Counted from the whole stretch's first letter, positions 49,601-62,134 are shown. The stretch: DNA of 63,022 nucleotides, filler included, from Stramenopiles sp. TOSAG23-6 (GCA_900128565.1; 6 parts of 6 records of this genome joined end to end with filler, not necessarily neighbours in it), one strand, 5' to 3'. The notes: generated by a model from the sequence alone, not told the origin. Numbers and translations are program-made.

Positions 49601-51057
49601 ATATTGCCAGTGTTACAACCAGTGCTGAGTTCAACATCTAAACGTGTTGAAGGTTCTGTTTCTATGAAGAATACTGCTAATAATAATCAAAATAATAATA
49701 ATATGAATAATAATGATATTCTCAATGATATTTCAGCTAGTACTAGTAGTAGTCAAAATAATACTTATAATAACATGAATAATAATGATATTCTCAATGA
49801 TATTTCAGCTAGTACTTTTAGTAGTCAAAATAATAATAACATGAATAATAATGATATTCTCAATGATATTACAGCTAGTACTACATTTTATTCTTCTATA
49901 AAAGTACCTGAAATTCCATTAGATAAATTAATAATTACAAAAGAAGAAACGATTAAAGAGAGAAAAGAACGTAAAAGAAAAAGAAAAATGCTAGTAGAAG
50001 CTCAAATTTTAAATATTGAATATCCACATCTAAGGCAATGTGAAAAAGATGCCAAAGAGGCTAAACAAAGCGCATTAGGATTCATTTCTGATATACTACC
50101 AGATGTATTTGATGTAGAAAAGGATACGAAAAATACAACAATTGTATCAAGTGACACGAAATCTGTTGATGAATCTCAAATTATTCAAAATGATACACCC
50201 GAAATATCATCAAATATTGTACATACAGTTACCACGTTTAATACTATGAACAACAACAGTAGTAGTACTAGTAGTAGTAGTAGTGAAAGTTCGAATATAA
50301 CTACACTTGAAAATTCTGAAAAAAAATTGAATAATGAGAAAATTGTTCCAATAACGAAACGATTTGAAATGTTTTTACCTATTTGTGTTGATGAAAATTG
50401 TTCAAAACCACGGTATAAACAAAATATGCACTGTAAAGATCATTTAACAGAATGTCCAATTTTGGAGTGTAAATATATCGGTTGTACTAAACAAGCACAA
50501 GGAAGGACTCCTTTTTGTATTTCTCATGGTGGAATATGTTATATTTTTTTCAAAATATGAAATTTTTTTTTTCATAACCCTAATACCTGACAAAATCTAT
50601 TTTTTATACTATATTGTAGACAATATATGGTAAACGATGTATCGTTAAAGGATGTACCAAATCAGCTCAAGGAAAAACACGAAAATGTATATTGCATGGA
50701 GGAGGGAAACGATGTGCTTTTGAAGGTTGTACAAAATCTGCAAGAGGGAGGACAAAATTTTGTGTTGGACATGGAGGTGGCAAACGTTGTTTTTTTGAAG
50801 GATGTACAAAATCAGCTAGAGGTCGATCTAATTTTTGTGTGAGTCATGGGGGAGGAAAACGATGTTCTTCTCAAGGTTGTTCAAAATCTGCGCAAGGCTG
50901 TTCAAATTTTTGTAAAGCACACGGTGGCGGAAGACGGTGTAAATATCCAAATTGTCGTAGAACTGGAAAAGGATCTGAGGAGTATTGTACCATTCATGGT
51001 ACTCAAATATGTCTTTTATTGAATGAAATGAAAGAATCGACATCAGCAACTGTTTGA
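46625..51057 (+). CDS. Large low-complexity/coiled-coil protein with C-terminal WRKY19-like zinc-finger repeats; exons 46625-47728, 47879-48284, 48424-49223, 49370-50533, 50629-51057
   Basis: Repeated GGGKRCxxxGCxKSAxGxxxFCxxH; four AT-ending introns join the ORFs. Confidence 0.78.
47729..47878 (+). other. Diverged GT-AT intron (in frame, 150 nt)
   Basis: AAT|GTACGT..CATTATAT|GTT; read-through is an F-rich stretch inside a coiled coil. Confidence 0.6.
48285..48423 (+). other. GT-AT intron with an internal 14-bp tandem repeat
   Basis: GT|GTTTGT..(TTTCAAATGTTTAT)n..ATACCTAAC..AATATACAT|GT. Confidence 0.75.
49224..49369 (+). other. Non-canonical GT-AT intron
   Basis: GCG|GTACGT..ACACTAAC..ACAAAACAT|GTA; the upstream TTCAG is out of frame. 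Confidence 0.78.
50534..50628 (+). other. Non-canonical AT-AT intron (cannot slide)
   Basis: GGA|ATATGT..TACCTGAC..CAATATAT|GGT; restores HGG/GKRC as in the downstream repeats. Confidence 0.85.
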
Positions 51058-51310
51058 TTGTACTATACTCACATATGTCTTTTATTGAATGAAATGAAAG
51101 AATCGACACATTAGCAGGTTTTTGATTGTAGTACACTCACATATGTCTTTTATTGAATGAAATGAAAGAATCGACATTAGCAGGTTTTTGATTGTAGTAT
51201 ACTCAAATATGTTTTTAATTGAATGAATTGAAAGAATCGACATTAGCAGGTTTTTGATTGTAGTACCATGTATGGTACTCAAATATGTTATTGAATGAAA
51301 TGAAAGATTT
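51000..51310. repeat. ~56-bp tandem repeat (about 5 units) overlapping the gene end
   Basis: ACTCAxATATGTCTTTTATTGAATGAAATGAAAGAATCGACA recurs. Confidence 0.85.
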
Positions 51311-51498
51311 TTTAAACAGCAATTGTTCACATTTATATTGAATAAATTTTGATGATTGCCATATTCCTTTGTCTCCTCGTTACACTTCCTGTTTATCTAT
51401 TGCAAGCTTCAATGTACATATCATGTAAATCATCAGCATTGGTTGCGGGAACATCAGCCGGTTTCAATGCGTACATTTGTTGCAATTGTATACATTTT

Positions 51499-52543
51499 TT
51501 ATTTCGCACCATGACGGAGAAATAGTGCAACTACTTTTTCATGACGAAACATTGTAGCAATATACAATGGGGACATTCCACACCCGTTAGGCTGATTGAC
51601 ATCAGCACCATTAGCGAGAAGTAATTCAACTACTTCTGTATGGCCTTTCGCTGAAGCATTATACAATGCGGTAAATCCATCATCATTCCTAGCCTGATTG
51701 ACATCAGCACCAGCAGCGAGAAGTAATTGAACTACTTCAAAATGACCCTTCCGTGAAGCAATATACAATGGGGTTTGTCCGTCTTCACCGGCCTGATCCA
51801 CAGCAGCACCTTTATCAAGTAGTAGCCCAACTACTCCTTCATGACCATTCTGTGAAGCAATCAACAATGGGGTAGCTCCGTCTTCATCAACTTGATTGAC
51901 TTTTGCACCTTTATCAAGGAGTAGCCCAACTACTCCTTCATGACCATTAAATGAAGCAATCAACAATGGGGTAGCTCCGTCTTCATCAACTTGATTGACT
52001 TTTGCACCTTTACCAAGAAGTAGTTCAACTATTCCTTCATAGCCATACTCTGAAGCAATATACAATGGGGGAAATCCGGTCAATGGTCCACTTGTCGCAA
52101 CCTGATTGACATTTGCACCTTTTTTGATAAGTAGTTCAACTACTTCTTCGTGACCATTCTGTGAAGCAATCAACAATGGCCTTAATTCGTTGTTAGCAGC
52201 CTGATTGACATCGGCACCCTTATCAAGAAGAAGTTGGACTACTTTTACATAACCATACTCTGAAGCAATCATCAATGGGGTAACTGCGAAGTTTTTTTCA
52301 GCCAGATTGACATCAGCACCTGCTTTAATAAGTTCTTTAACGACTTCAACATAACCATACTGTGAAGCAGCAAACAATGCGGTCGATCCATCTCTGCGCC
52401 CCTCATCAATATCAGCGCCAATCGCCAGTAAAACTTTAACCATCGCCACATTATTCATCTGTGCAGCTGAAAACAATGGATATTCGTCCTCTTCAAATGG
52501 GTGCTCTAGTTTCAACTCTTCTGTTTCGACATGATCAGTAAAG
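51499..52543 (-). CDS. Ankyrin-repeat protein, 5'-truncated
   Basis: About 10 repeats of TPLxIASxxGHxxVVxLLLxxGAxVN. Confidence 0.93.
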
Positions 52544-52643
52544 NNNNNNNNNNNNNNNNNNNNNNNNNNNNNNNNNNNNNNNNNNNNTTAATTAATTAAN
52601 NNNNNNNNNNNNNNNNNNNNNNNNNNNNNNNNNNNNNNNNNNN
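52544..52643. other. Artificial contig linker
   Basis: N run with TTAATTAATTAA. Confidence 0.98.
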
Positions 52644-52728
52644 TCAAAAAAAAAAACTAAAATTTGTTAGGTACAAAATTTCGTACGAAAAAAAAATTTA
52701 AAAAAACATTTTTAAAAATAAAACATAC

Positions 52729-55700
52729 ATAAACTGTACAAAATATTTTGCATGTACAATTTATGAATCGAAATTGTTACAAAACATATAATAAAAACGT
52801 AAATAAAATCGACATCTAAAAATAAAATAAAATCGAATGGGTATATTCAAAAGAAAAAAAAATATCTTTTTGTTTTTCTATGAAAATTTCGTATAAAAAA
52901 ACAAATTATAAATTCATGATGAAAACGAACATTGCAGTCCCAACGGCTCTTGGAAATTTGTATAACAAACGACGTACGATAGAACTTGTCATGATAACAA
53001 TATCATCTTTTTCGCGATTTTCTGATATAAATTGTAACAAAATATGGATAACTTTTTGTACTGCAATTTTCGATTTTTTTTTACTTTTTGATTCGTTTTG
53101 AATTTTTGAGTGTTGAAAGTTTTTGTTATTATTATTTGTTGTTTGAGTTTGATTACAACAAATATTTGACTGTATTTGAAATTTTGTAATGTGGTTTTTG
53201 ATATAATCAAAGCATATATCTAATAAAATCTGACGTAAAAATATTTCAATTGATATTTCATAATTTTTATCAAATCTTGTATTTGTACAATTTTTGTTTT
53301 TTCCATGTTTTTCAGTTTTTCCGTTTTTTTCAGTTTTTCCAGTTTTGTTTTCATTTTTAATTATATACGTTACGGTGGATATTTTGTTGTTATTATTATC
53401 ATTATTAGTAGTAGTATCATCATCATTATTATTATCATTATTATTAGTAGTAGTATCATTAATATTATTATCTGAAGCTGATAAATTATTATTATTATTA
53501 TCTGAAGCTGATAAATTATTATTATTATTATCTGAAGCTGATAAAATTCCAACAAGTGAAACAAACGATAAATTTCTTTCAGTTGGTTGTACTATAGAAT
53601 AAGCCTCAATATTTCTTTTAATACAATTTTGAGGAATTTCTTCAGCTTTTTCTGTACAATCAAAATCAATATCACTGTTTTTTTTTGTACCAAAATTTGT
53701 ACTTGTTGATTTTTTCTCATTTGTATTTTGAAAGTCAAGTAGAAAATCTTCACAAATACGTTTCGCATTGTCATTTATAGTATTCTCTTCACTATTAAAT
53801 CCTAGTAAACCTTTTAATAGAACTCTCCAATTTTCAGCAACAAGAAGATTACTTTGACTCCGTACAATTTGTAAAAATAAATATCGAATAAAAATGCCTT
53901 TTTCGTGCTTTGGGCCGGTTTGAATCATTTTTTGAGATGTACTACAAAATAAAATTAATTCGCATAAAAAAGGATATTGATTTTTCTTTTGTATTTTTTG
54001 TATTTTTTGTATTTTTTGTATTTTTTCAGTGAAATAATTTGGATCCGTACCCGGTTCTTCAAGAGAGCATATATTTGAAAATATTCGGAAAGCTAAACGT
54101 AGCGAAGTATTATCTGATTGAAGAAGACTATCACATATTGTAGACATATCACAATCATTATACCTTTTAAGATTTTTAAGGTTTTTAAGATTTTTAAGGT
54201 TTTTAAGATTTTTAGGGTTAGGGTTTGTTTGCTCCAATGAAATACCAAATTTCCCTAATCGAGATGCTGATTGAATGGGCACATAATCATTAATATTATT
54301 ACTATCACCAACACCAGTATATAATAACTTATATGAAGACGGACATCTCACACAAACACGAAATCGCTTTGTTTCTTGTTTTTCTTTTGTATTTTTTGAA
54401 TTAAAATTCCAAATTCGTTTAAAAAATGAATTTACATGTGATGTAATACTCTGTTCTTGACTATTTTGATGATTTTGTGTATTTTGGTGATTTTCTTGAT
54501 TCTGATTTTGGGAATTTACTGTAGAACTACTGAGGGTAGATATTTTTCTATTTGTTTTTTTCTGAATATACAGACTATTCGATACATCAATATAATTTTT
54601 AAAACATTTGGACACAATTTGTCTTGAAATTGCGTCAGACAAGCATTTTTTATTATTACTTAGAATATTTTGTAATAAAAATAAACTTGATAGAGACAGT
54701 CCGACATCAAATATATTATAAATATTGTTATCTATAGAGTCTATATTTGAATTTAAATTTGAATTTAAATTTGAATTTGAATTTAAATTTGAATTTGAGC
54801 TTTCATCTATATTTAAATTTGTGCTTACAATTACATTTGCTTTGCAAAGGGATTCAATTAAAGTGAATCCATCCACAGATTCATAAATATAGTCTTTAAT
54901 ACTATTAGGCTTATTAGGTTTATTAGGCGTTTTAGGGTTATTTTCTATTAAATCATTATAAAAATTCTTTTTTTTTATCAAAGTAAATAAAGAATCTAAA
55001 GAGGAATGACTTTTTGATAGAAACACATCAATACCATCATTTCCAATACAATGTAGTAAAGAACCAATTGAATTAACCATGTGAAAAAAAAACGGAAAGC
55101 AAAAAATAGTATGGCTAGGGTTATGGTTAGAACTCATTTTCTCATTTTTGTTTGTATTCTTTGCATTACTTTCAATCAATTTGTGTTGTAATGAATGTTC
55201 CAGTTGTATTTTTTGTATTTTTTGTATTTTTTGTATTTTTTGTATTTTTTGTGATTTCGTGTACAATAATATATCAATACATTTGGACAATAATATAATT
55301 GAGTATATTCCATCCATTCCTAACAACATTTTAGACATAATTCTACTATTAGGGTTAGGGTTAGACATAATTCTATTATTTTTTGTATATGTTTTCACAT
55401 TTGATGAAGTATCTGTAGAAAAATGATTTTCTGTTTTTTCTATTTTTTCTGTTCTTTTTGGTTCATTATTTGTTGTTTTTGTTCTTTTTGAATCATCATT
55501 TGTTTCTCTACTCGCACAATTGATAGTAGAGTTAGGGTTAGGGTGTATTGTATATGTCGTAGAACATTGTGATGACGCGTCACTGTCAAGCGAATTTCGA
55601 ATTTGTTGAGTGTTTGTACGATGTGTTGGCTCTGGTTGTATCATATGAAACGAGTCATAAAAAAAGGTATAAAAAAGTCGATGATTATTAGGGTTTTGAT

Positions 55701-56703
55701 GATTAGGGTTTTCATCTACTATTTTTAGAGATTTCGTAAAAATATCAAATTCTGTAAAAGATTTTGTTGTTGACATCAAATGTTTCCAAAATTGATTATT
55801 ATCAAGTTGTTCGCAATTATTGTCATTATGAATAATATTTTCATCGTTATGAACATCATTTTCATTTCTAACATGATTTGGCTGAGTATTTTTATAGACA
55901 TTTTGTTTCCATTGTAATGAAGACCCACAAAACATTTGAAGAGTAGAACTTATATGAAATAGTACAATCTTATACTGTAAAAAATCATTTTGTGTATCAA
56001 ATTTTGTACCTTTCACTAGAAACAACTTCAATTTCTTGACAACTATATATAAAAATTGGTGGATGACACAAGTTAGATTGTAATCAAACAAGATCCATCG
56101 ATTATAATTAGACCTACAAAATATAGCAATAACTCTCCACAATAGAACAAGCGTTTTCATCGTTACACGATTATATAATTCACTCTTGCAACTAGAAGTG
56201 GTACACGAAATAATATTGTTCAATTCAGTCATTATTGCTTTCATTACTTTACGTGGATGTCCCAGGACAAATAGTGAAGAAGAAATTTTGTGAACGGTCA
56301 TTTCGCCGTTTTCTTCATAGGATGGCAAGTTTGTTACGCCTTTATCTTGAATAATAGTACTATCCGAATGCGAATTTGTCGTTGATGTTTCACAGTCGCT
56401 GTTTTCTGAATGTCGAGGAACGCCGGCTGGGTCCCAATTTTGGTATATAGAAGATACTTCAGATAAGAAGGAAGATAGTACTTCATACCGATGATTTTCA
56501 TCACTACTATTATCAAGCTGATTATACGCATTCCATAAAAGACGTAATTGTATACCGTTTTTATCGGAAGAAAAATCCCACTGTGTCGTGGCGACTTCGA
56601 CAGGTATGGAGAGTGGATTTATTCGAGGTGTGACAGCTGGGGCAGGAGTATTCACTTCAACTTCTTCTTTCCACCCAAACACACGCTTGAAAAGCTTTGC
56701 CAT
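52729..56703 (-). CDS. N-terminal part of a large protein resembling BEACH-domain protein B (BChB-like), 3'-truncated; exons 56703-52931 and tentatively 52751-52729
   Basis: LLWNAY..FLSEVSSIYQNWDP..GHP..RSNYN recalls plant BChB N-termini (from memory; the BEACH domain is not in the window). Family donors at 52930 (GTTCGT) and 52728 (GTATGT). Confidence 0.55.
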
Positions 56704-57023
56704 GGTCTTGGGAAACGATGTACTGTACTATGAAAACACCTAGCACAAATACACGGCTTCCTTGACAATAAACACCGAAATATTTCTTTTGAGAGAGCAA
56801 AGTTTGAGTTTGAGTGTCATTTTATTATATAAAGAGAGAGAGAGAGAGAGAGAGCCATCAGTCAAAAAAAAAGTTTAAAAACGCACGAAAAAACCGACAC
56901 GGAAAAAAAAAAGGAAAAATTTTCATGATGTTTGACACGCGTCAGTGTGTGTGTGTGTTACTAACTTTATAACTATGAAAAACACATGAATAGTGAAGAA
57001 ATCTATCGTCTCAGATTTGATGA

Positions 57024-58241
57024 ATGATGCTAGCTGCTTCATTAACTAGATATATTCCAAAAAGGCAACTTGTCAGTGATGGGTGTCGTTTTGCGAGTAC
57101 CATTAACAAATTTACTTCAATAGATACAACAGTAATACGGTCTAGTGCAAATGACAACGTGAATGATGTTTCGTGTATATTAGCAAGTTCGACTTCAAAC
57201 AGTTTTAGTAGCTGGGATCTTGCTGCTAGTGCCTGGACAAATGCGACAGATGGTACACAGTGGCTGATTGAGGGTGTTCATGGAATAACTGGATTACCTT
57301 GGTGGTCTACAATTGTAGTTGCTACACTAGGTTTGCGACTAAGTCTTTTCCCATTTACATATTATAATGCTGCGACACAACATCGTCTAGCTACCACAAT
57401 TCCTGATATTAAGAGATTAAATGAAGCTCGGGCAGAAGCTCTATACTCAAGCACTCAAACATCCTCGCTTTTACAACGTCAGATGCACAGTGCTCACGTA
57501 ACACTACGATTTTTTAAAGGTTGTCGTGCAGTATGGAAAAAGCATGGTGCTCACCCTATGCGACGTTTTGTTCCTATTTCAGTACAACTCCCTTGTTTTA
57601 TTCTCTTTGCTTTGACATGGCGAAAAATGATTGGCGCTGCTGTATTGCCTTCAGCAGTCACTGAAGGTATTAGAGCTGCGTCTAGTGCTGGGATTTCATT
57701 AGAAGACTTTGATATTGCTGCTGCAACTGGCACATCGAAAGAATTATTATTAGGATTACAAACTGAAGGAACACTATGGTTCCCAGACTTGACAGTTGCC
57801 GATCAAACTCTAGTTTTACCTATTTCCATAATGTCTATTTCTTATCTTTCTTTACATCTATCCAAATCTCCAAAGGCTATAACAGACGGGAAATTTTTTC
57901 CAAAACTTTTAGATTCGTTTCAAGTTGCCATGATTGCAGGCTTACCACTTATATCACAATTACCTGCGGGTGTATTTTGTTATATGGGGACTTCTGCGTT
58001 ATGGGGCTTAGCTTTAGGAGTAGGTTTACGGAGTGAACAATTTAGACGTCTTATTTATTTACCAACGACAGCAACGACAAATGATTCTGTAGGTAACCCT
58101 AACCCTAGTAAACCTAATGTGGTTAATTTGGTATCGAATGGAAAAAATGAAAAAAATATGCATCTTTCAGATATAAATGATAAAAGTGGAAATGAGACGT
58201 CTAGTACTAATAGTAGTCTTATAGATAAGACAAAGAAATGA
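57024..58241 (+). CDS. Oxa1/Cox18 (YidC-family) mitochondrial insertase
   Basis: VHGITGLPWWSTIVVATLGLRLSLFP, QLPCFI, EGTLWFPDLTVAD, LPAGVFCY. Confidence 0.9.
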   Translation: MMLAASLTRYIPKRQLVSDGCRFASTINKFTSIDTTVIRSSANDNVNDVSCILASSTSNSFSSWDLAASAWTNATDGTQWLIEGVHGITGLPWWSTIVVATLGLRLSLFPFTYYNAATQHRLATTIPDIKRLNEARAEALYSSTQTSSLLQRQMHSAHVTLRFFKGCRAVWKKHGAHPMRRFVPISVQLPCFILFALTWRKMIGAAVLPSAVTEGIRAASSAGISLEDFDIAAATGTSKELLLGLQTEGTLWFPDLTVADQTLVLPISIMSISYLSLHLSKSPKAITDGKFFPKLLDSFQVAMIAGLPLISQLPAGVFCYMGTSALWGLALGVGLRSEQFRRLIYLPTTATTNDSVGNPNPSKPNVVNLVSNGKNEKNMHLSDINDKSGNETSSTNSSLIDKTKK

Positions 58242-58338
58242 GGAATTAAGTGTAAATAAGTAAATGATTTTTTTATAGAGTTCATTTGCTTTATAGTTTC
58301 AGTTTCATTTTGGTTTCATTTTCTTTATCATCTGTGAT

Positions 58339-58989
58339 TCATTTCTGTATGAGAAGAGCTTCAGCAAAAGCATACTCTCCATCATGTGATATACTCACTA
58401 ATGTATTGTTTATATCAAGATCAGTAGCTACATCCTTTGCTTTCCCATATAGTTTAATACGAGGTTCACCAACAACTGTTTTATATACACAAATGTCAGG
58501 GAAAGGAATGCGATGCGAGCCAAATGCTTTATACACCGCTTCTTTTGCAGCCCATCGAGATGCTATATATTTCATTCGTGTCGAAGAAGAACACTTCTGA
58601 AATTCTATAATCTCGTTAGGATGGAAAGCACGTCGAAGAAATCGATCCTCGTGACGAGCAAGTATTCCTTTAAACCTCGGTATGTGAGCTACATCTATAC
58701 CAAGACCAAATATTTTATACGCTGATTTTACATTGGACATCTTTGTAAGTTTAGACACTACAGGCAATCCTTTATTACTACAATTACTATAACTACTATA
58801 CATGTTTCGCAATGGCGGAAATTGTACTCTATCTCTTTGTAGTGAATCAAAAATGTGTTTTATATTTTGGACTGTGCGGCGCTTTGGAGAACGAATGGAA
58901 CGCCCTAAGAAACAACCTAAAAGAGCAGTGAGGGAACCTGCAGTAAAATACGCAAGATTTTTATACTCATGGCGGTCTAATTTCAACAT
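58339..58989 (-). CDS. acpS: AcpS-type holo-[acyl-carrier-protein] synthase with N-terminal extension
   Basis: GLGIDV, ASRWAAKEAVYKA, GEP, VSISHDGEYAFA. Confidence 0.92.
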   Translation of the reverse strand: MLKLDRHEYKNLAYFTAGSLTALLGCFLGRSIRSPKRRTVQNIKHIFDSLQRDRVQFPPLRNMYSSYSNCSNKGLPVVSKLTKMSNVKSAYKIFGLGIDVAHIPRFKGILARHEDRFLRRAFHPNEIIEFQKCSSSTRMKYIASRWAAKEAVYKAFGSHRIPFPDICVYKTVVGEPRIKLYGKAKDVATDLDINNTLVSISHDGEYAFAEALLIQK

Positions 58990-59261
58990 ATTTGCAAACT
59001 AGATACACATATTATTATCGTCAACTGCTTTCAAAGAATCAAACTGTAGGATATTTCAGTGATACTTTGAATTACAGTGCTGTTTTCATAGTAGTTTGTA
59101 ACCTGGAGGTTTTGCAAAGAGTCTTTGCAATTGACACGTGGTTCGTCTTTTTTTGACACGTGGCGCAGATTTTGATTGGACAGCACTGTCAGTACAACAA
59201 GCAGGTGTACCGTAGCCTTCATAGCTATATTTTGTAAAGTTTGCGCTCTTCTCTTTTTAAA

Positions 59262-60671
59262 ATGTCTAATCGTAGACCATATCATCGTCGTGTTTTACGT
59301 TCTGATAGAGCTGATAAAACAAAGTTGGAAAAAGTGATTGATGTGGATGAGATACACTGCCGTGAACTTGTTAAACGGGAACATGAAGATGGAGAATATG
59401 CTGAGATACGACATAATCGAATTGGAGGTATTATACCAGAGCTACGAAAAGAAGTTTTGACATGCTTCTACCCCCGAAAACTAAATAATGGATTAGATGA
59501 AGTTCCTTTGGTATATGATGTTTGTTCTTCTCCAACTGCTGCAAATATACTGATTAAAGCAGTGAAAGATGCAGTTAAAGAAAAAGACTGGATTGAACTC
59601 CACATATTAACAGGACAGATTCGACACTGTCTCCAAAAAGGTATGGTTCGTAGACAACATGGAGTAGGCTCAGAGCCATGGTGGAATAGACAAGCACAAG
59701 CAATGAATCCAAAAGTAAGTGAGGTGAGTGAGTGCATTGACTTGACTGAAGTAGACACAGAGTGTATTGATGTTGATGGTATTGATGTTGACAAGAATAA
59801 TATTGAAGAAGTTGAAAAAGTAAATATCAAATTAGAAAAGCGTTCAATTGATGATGTATCTAATAGTGATAGTAGTAGTAGACTGAATCATAAATCTAAG
59901 AAACAAAAGCTGGCTGTATCAAATTCACAGAGTGAATCATCATCAAATAGTGTTTCAATAGTAAATAATAATAAGAAAAGTGAATCATTATCAAATAGTG
60001 TTGCAATAGTAAATAATAATAAGAAAAGTGAATCATTATCAAAATTTAATAGTGTTTCAATAGTAAATAATAATAAGAATGTGTCAGCTGCTGTGAAAAA
60101 GAATGGAAATGCACTACAATATGTTTCAGATGAATTGAAGAATGACAGAAATTTTGTTTTAGCAGCTGTGAAAAAGAATGGAGATGCACTACAATATGCA
60201 TCAGATGAATTAAAAAGTGATAGAAATTTTGTTTTAGCTGCTGTGAAGATGATGGGAATTGCACTACAATATGCTTCAGTTGAATTCAAAAATGATAGAG
60301 ATGTTGTTTTAGTGGCAGTAAAAAACCATGGAAATGCACTAGAATATGCATCAGATGAATTAAAAAATGATAGAGATGTTGTTTTAGCAGCAGTAAAAAA
60401 TTTTTGTTGTGCACTACTATATGCATCGGATGAATTCAAAAATGATAGAGATGTTGTTTTAGCTGCAGTAAAAAACTTTGGAGATGTACTAGAATATGCA
60501 TCAGATGAATTAAAAAATGATAGAGATGTTGTTTTAGCTGCAGTAAAAAACNATGGAANTGCACTACAATATGCATCAGATGAATTAAAAAATGATAGAG
60601 ATGTTGTTTTAGCTGCAGTAATATATGCATCGGATGAATTAAAAAAGATAAAGCATTTTGTGCTACCTTAA
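59262..60671 (+). CDS. DUF4116-repeat protein
   Basis: About seven 25-aa repeats NDRDVVLAAVKNxGxALxYASDELK. Confidence 0.88.
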   Translation: MSNRRPYHRRVLRSDRADKTKLEKVIDVDEIHCRELVKREHEDGEYAEIRHNRIGGIIPELRKEVLTCFYPRKLNNGLDEVPLVYDVCSSPTAANILIKAVKDAVKEKDWIELHILTGQIRHCLQKGMVRRQHGVGSEPWWNRQAQAMNPKVSEVSECIDLTEVDTECIDVDGIDVDKNNIEEVEKVNIKLEKRSIDDVSNSDSSSRLNHKSKKQKLAVSNSQSESSSNSVSIVNNNKKSESLSNSVAIVNNNKKSESLSKFNSVSIVNNNKNVSAAVKKNGNALQYVSDELKNDRNFVLAAVKKNGDALQYASDELKSDRNFVLAAVKMMGIALQYASVEFKNDRDVVLVAVKNHGNALEYASDELKNDRDVVLAAVKNFCCALLYASDEFKNDRDVVLAAVKNFGDVLEYASDELKNDRDVVLAAVKNXGXALQYASDELKNDRDVVLAAVIYASDELKKIKHFVLP

Positions 60672-61300
60672 GAGCTTTGAATAAAAAAAAAAAATTGAAT
60701 AAAACAAAATTTAGGAGTAAAAACAACTGAAAAAGTTCAAGCTGTCAAATTGACCGTCAAATTGAGAAGGATAAAGCTGAACGAGATAAAGAACAAGCTG
60801 AACAAAATAAAAAATTTGCTGAACAAAATAAAAAATTTGCTGAACAAAATAAAAACTGGTAATATTTCCAGTGGCAGCTTTAAAATTGCGAGTAGTTCTG
60901 AAAAAAGTCACTGCATTTTTCTAATTATATGTAGCAGCTGTAACTATTTGTCTATTGTTGTTGTTTATCGTTAACTTGACTCAGAAAAATTGACACTTTA
61001 TAATTTAGTGTTCCAACTCATTTGATTAATTAAAGTTAAGAGTAGTACTTTGGAACATTTGTCTGACATTCTACATTTATAAAATTTCACTACAAAAATT
61101 CTGTATAATATTTTTTGTTATTTTTGTGTAAATAATGTTTGTGCAGCGTGAAACTAGCTAGAAATCATCTGTATAATAGTTATTAAATTCATCACAAAAA
61201 TTATTATAAAATTTATTTAGTTTTTATTCAGATTTTCTTATTAATTTTAGCTCGTTTTGCTTATACTATTTTTGTATGATTTTACTTTTGAATATTTGTA

Positions 61301-62134
61301 TTAAACTTGTTCTAATAGTTTTGGAGACCTCCTGGGTGAAATGTGTGAGTTTAGTCGTCGTCTTATTTCTTTGATACTTTTACTATGTTTTGCATCAAGT
61401 TTAGTTTCAATCCATCTGGTTTTTCTTGTTTCTTTCCACTCGAGTACTTTACTTGGTTTACAGATGATGATCTCAGGTGCCTTGCAATTCTTATATCCAT
61501 CAATTGCAGGATATGCATCACAGAGCATTGGATATGTATCCGATCCATGTGCAGTATACGCTCCAACAACCATACTATCCATCAAATGACTAAGTGTCCC
61601 TTCTTTCTTTTGACTGGCAAATAACTCAAAACGTTCCGTCTTATCGATATTTAATTCATTATACAAATGAATTTTGTTTGCCTCTGCTTCCATTCGTCCA
61701 CGTATGTTTGAACTCTTATGATCGTCACCAAGCAATTCCTCTATTTTGGCTGATATATATGGGTCTATCATCTGACCAAATGACAAAATTGTATTGTAGT
61801 ACAGTCGTTTGTATATTGGAAGTAAACTTAGTCGGTTTGCCAAGAGAACTTCGAGCAATTTAAAGTCATAGTTACAATTAAACACGTTGATCGATTGTTT
61901 CAGTTCAAATTGATGGACAGAGGTACCGTACCCTTGTGCTTCGCGGTCCTCCGGATCATTAACTGCAAAAAATGCTGGGCCGTTTGGAATAATTCCTTTG
62001 GTCAAAGTATAACTGCCATGGTAAAGTATTGTCCCATTTTCAACCGTATCGTTGGTCTCTAAAGGGTAGAATACATGCAACATAGATATTGCCGTTAGAG
62101 ACAAAAAAAGAAGCAACAGAATGCTGTAGAGCAT
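61301..62134 (-). CDS. Secreted or membrane-anchored protein with ADP-ribosyltransferase-like motifs
   Basis: Hydrophobic N-terminus; LYHGS, AFFA, YG, IDGY, EIIIC. Functional call is tentative. Confidence 0.6.
   Translation of the reverse strand: MLYSILLLLFLSLTAISMLHVFYPLETNDTVENGTILYHGSYTLTKGIIPNGPAFFAVNDPEDREAQGYGTSVHQFELKQSINVFNCNYDFKLLEVLLANRLSLLPIYKRLYYNTILSFGQMIDPYISAKIEELLGDDHKSSNIRGRMEAEANKIHLYNELNIDKTERFELFASQKKEGTLSHLMDSMVVGAYTAHGSDTYPMLCDAYPAIDGYKNCKAPEIIICKPSKVLEWKETRKTRWIETKLDAKHSKSIKEIRRRLNSHISPRRSPKLLEQV

Noticed and set aside
51000-51310. CRISPR-like array
   Set aside because: Contiguous degenerate tandem units without unique spacers; eukaryotic context; no cas genes.
53980-55250. 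KIQKIQ and KNLKNL coding microrepeats
   Set aside because: Ordinary 9-bp slippage expansions in low-complexity regions.
58339-58989. AcpS as bacterial contamination
   Set aside because: It sits between eukaryotic genes on a contig carrying family introns, and AcpS-type enzymes are known in eukaryotes.
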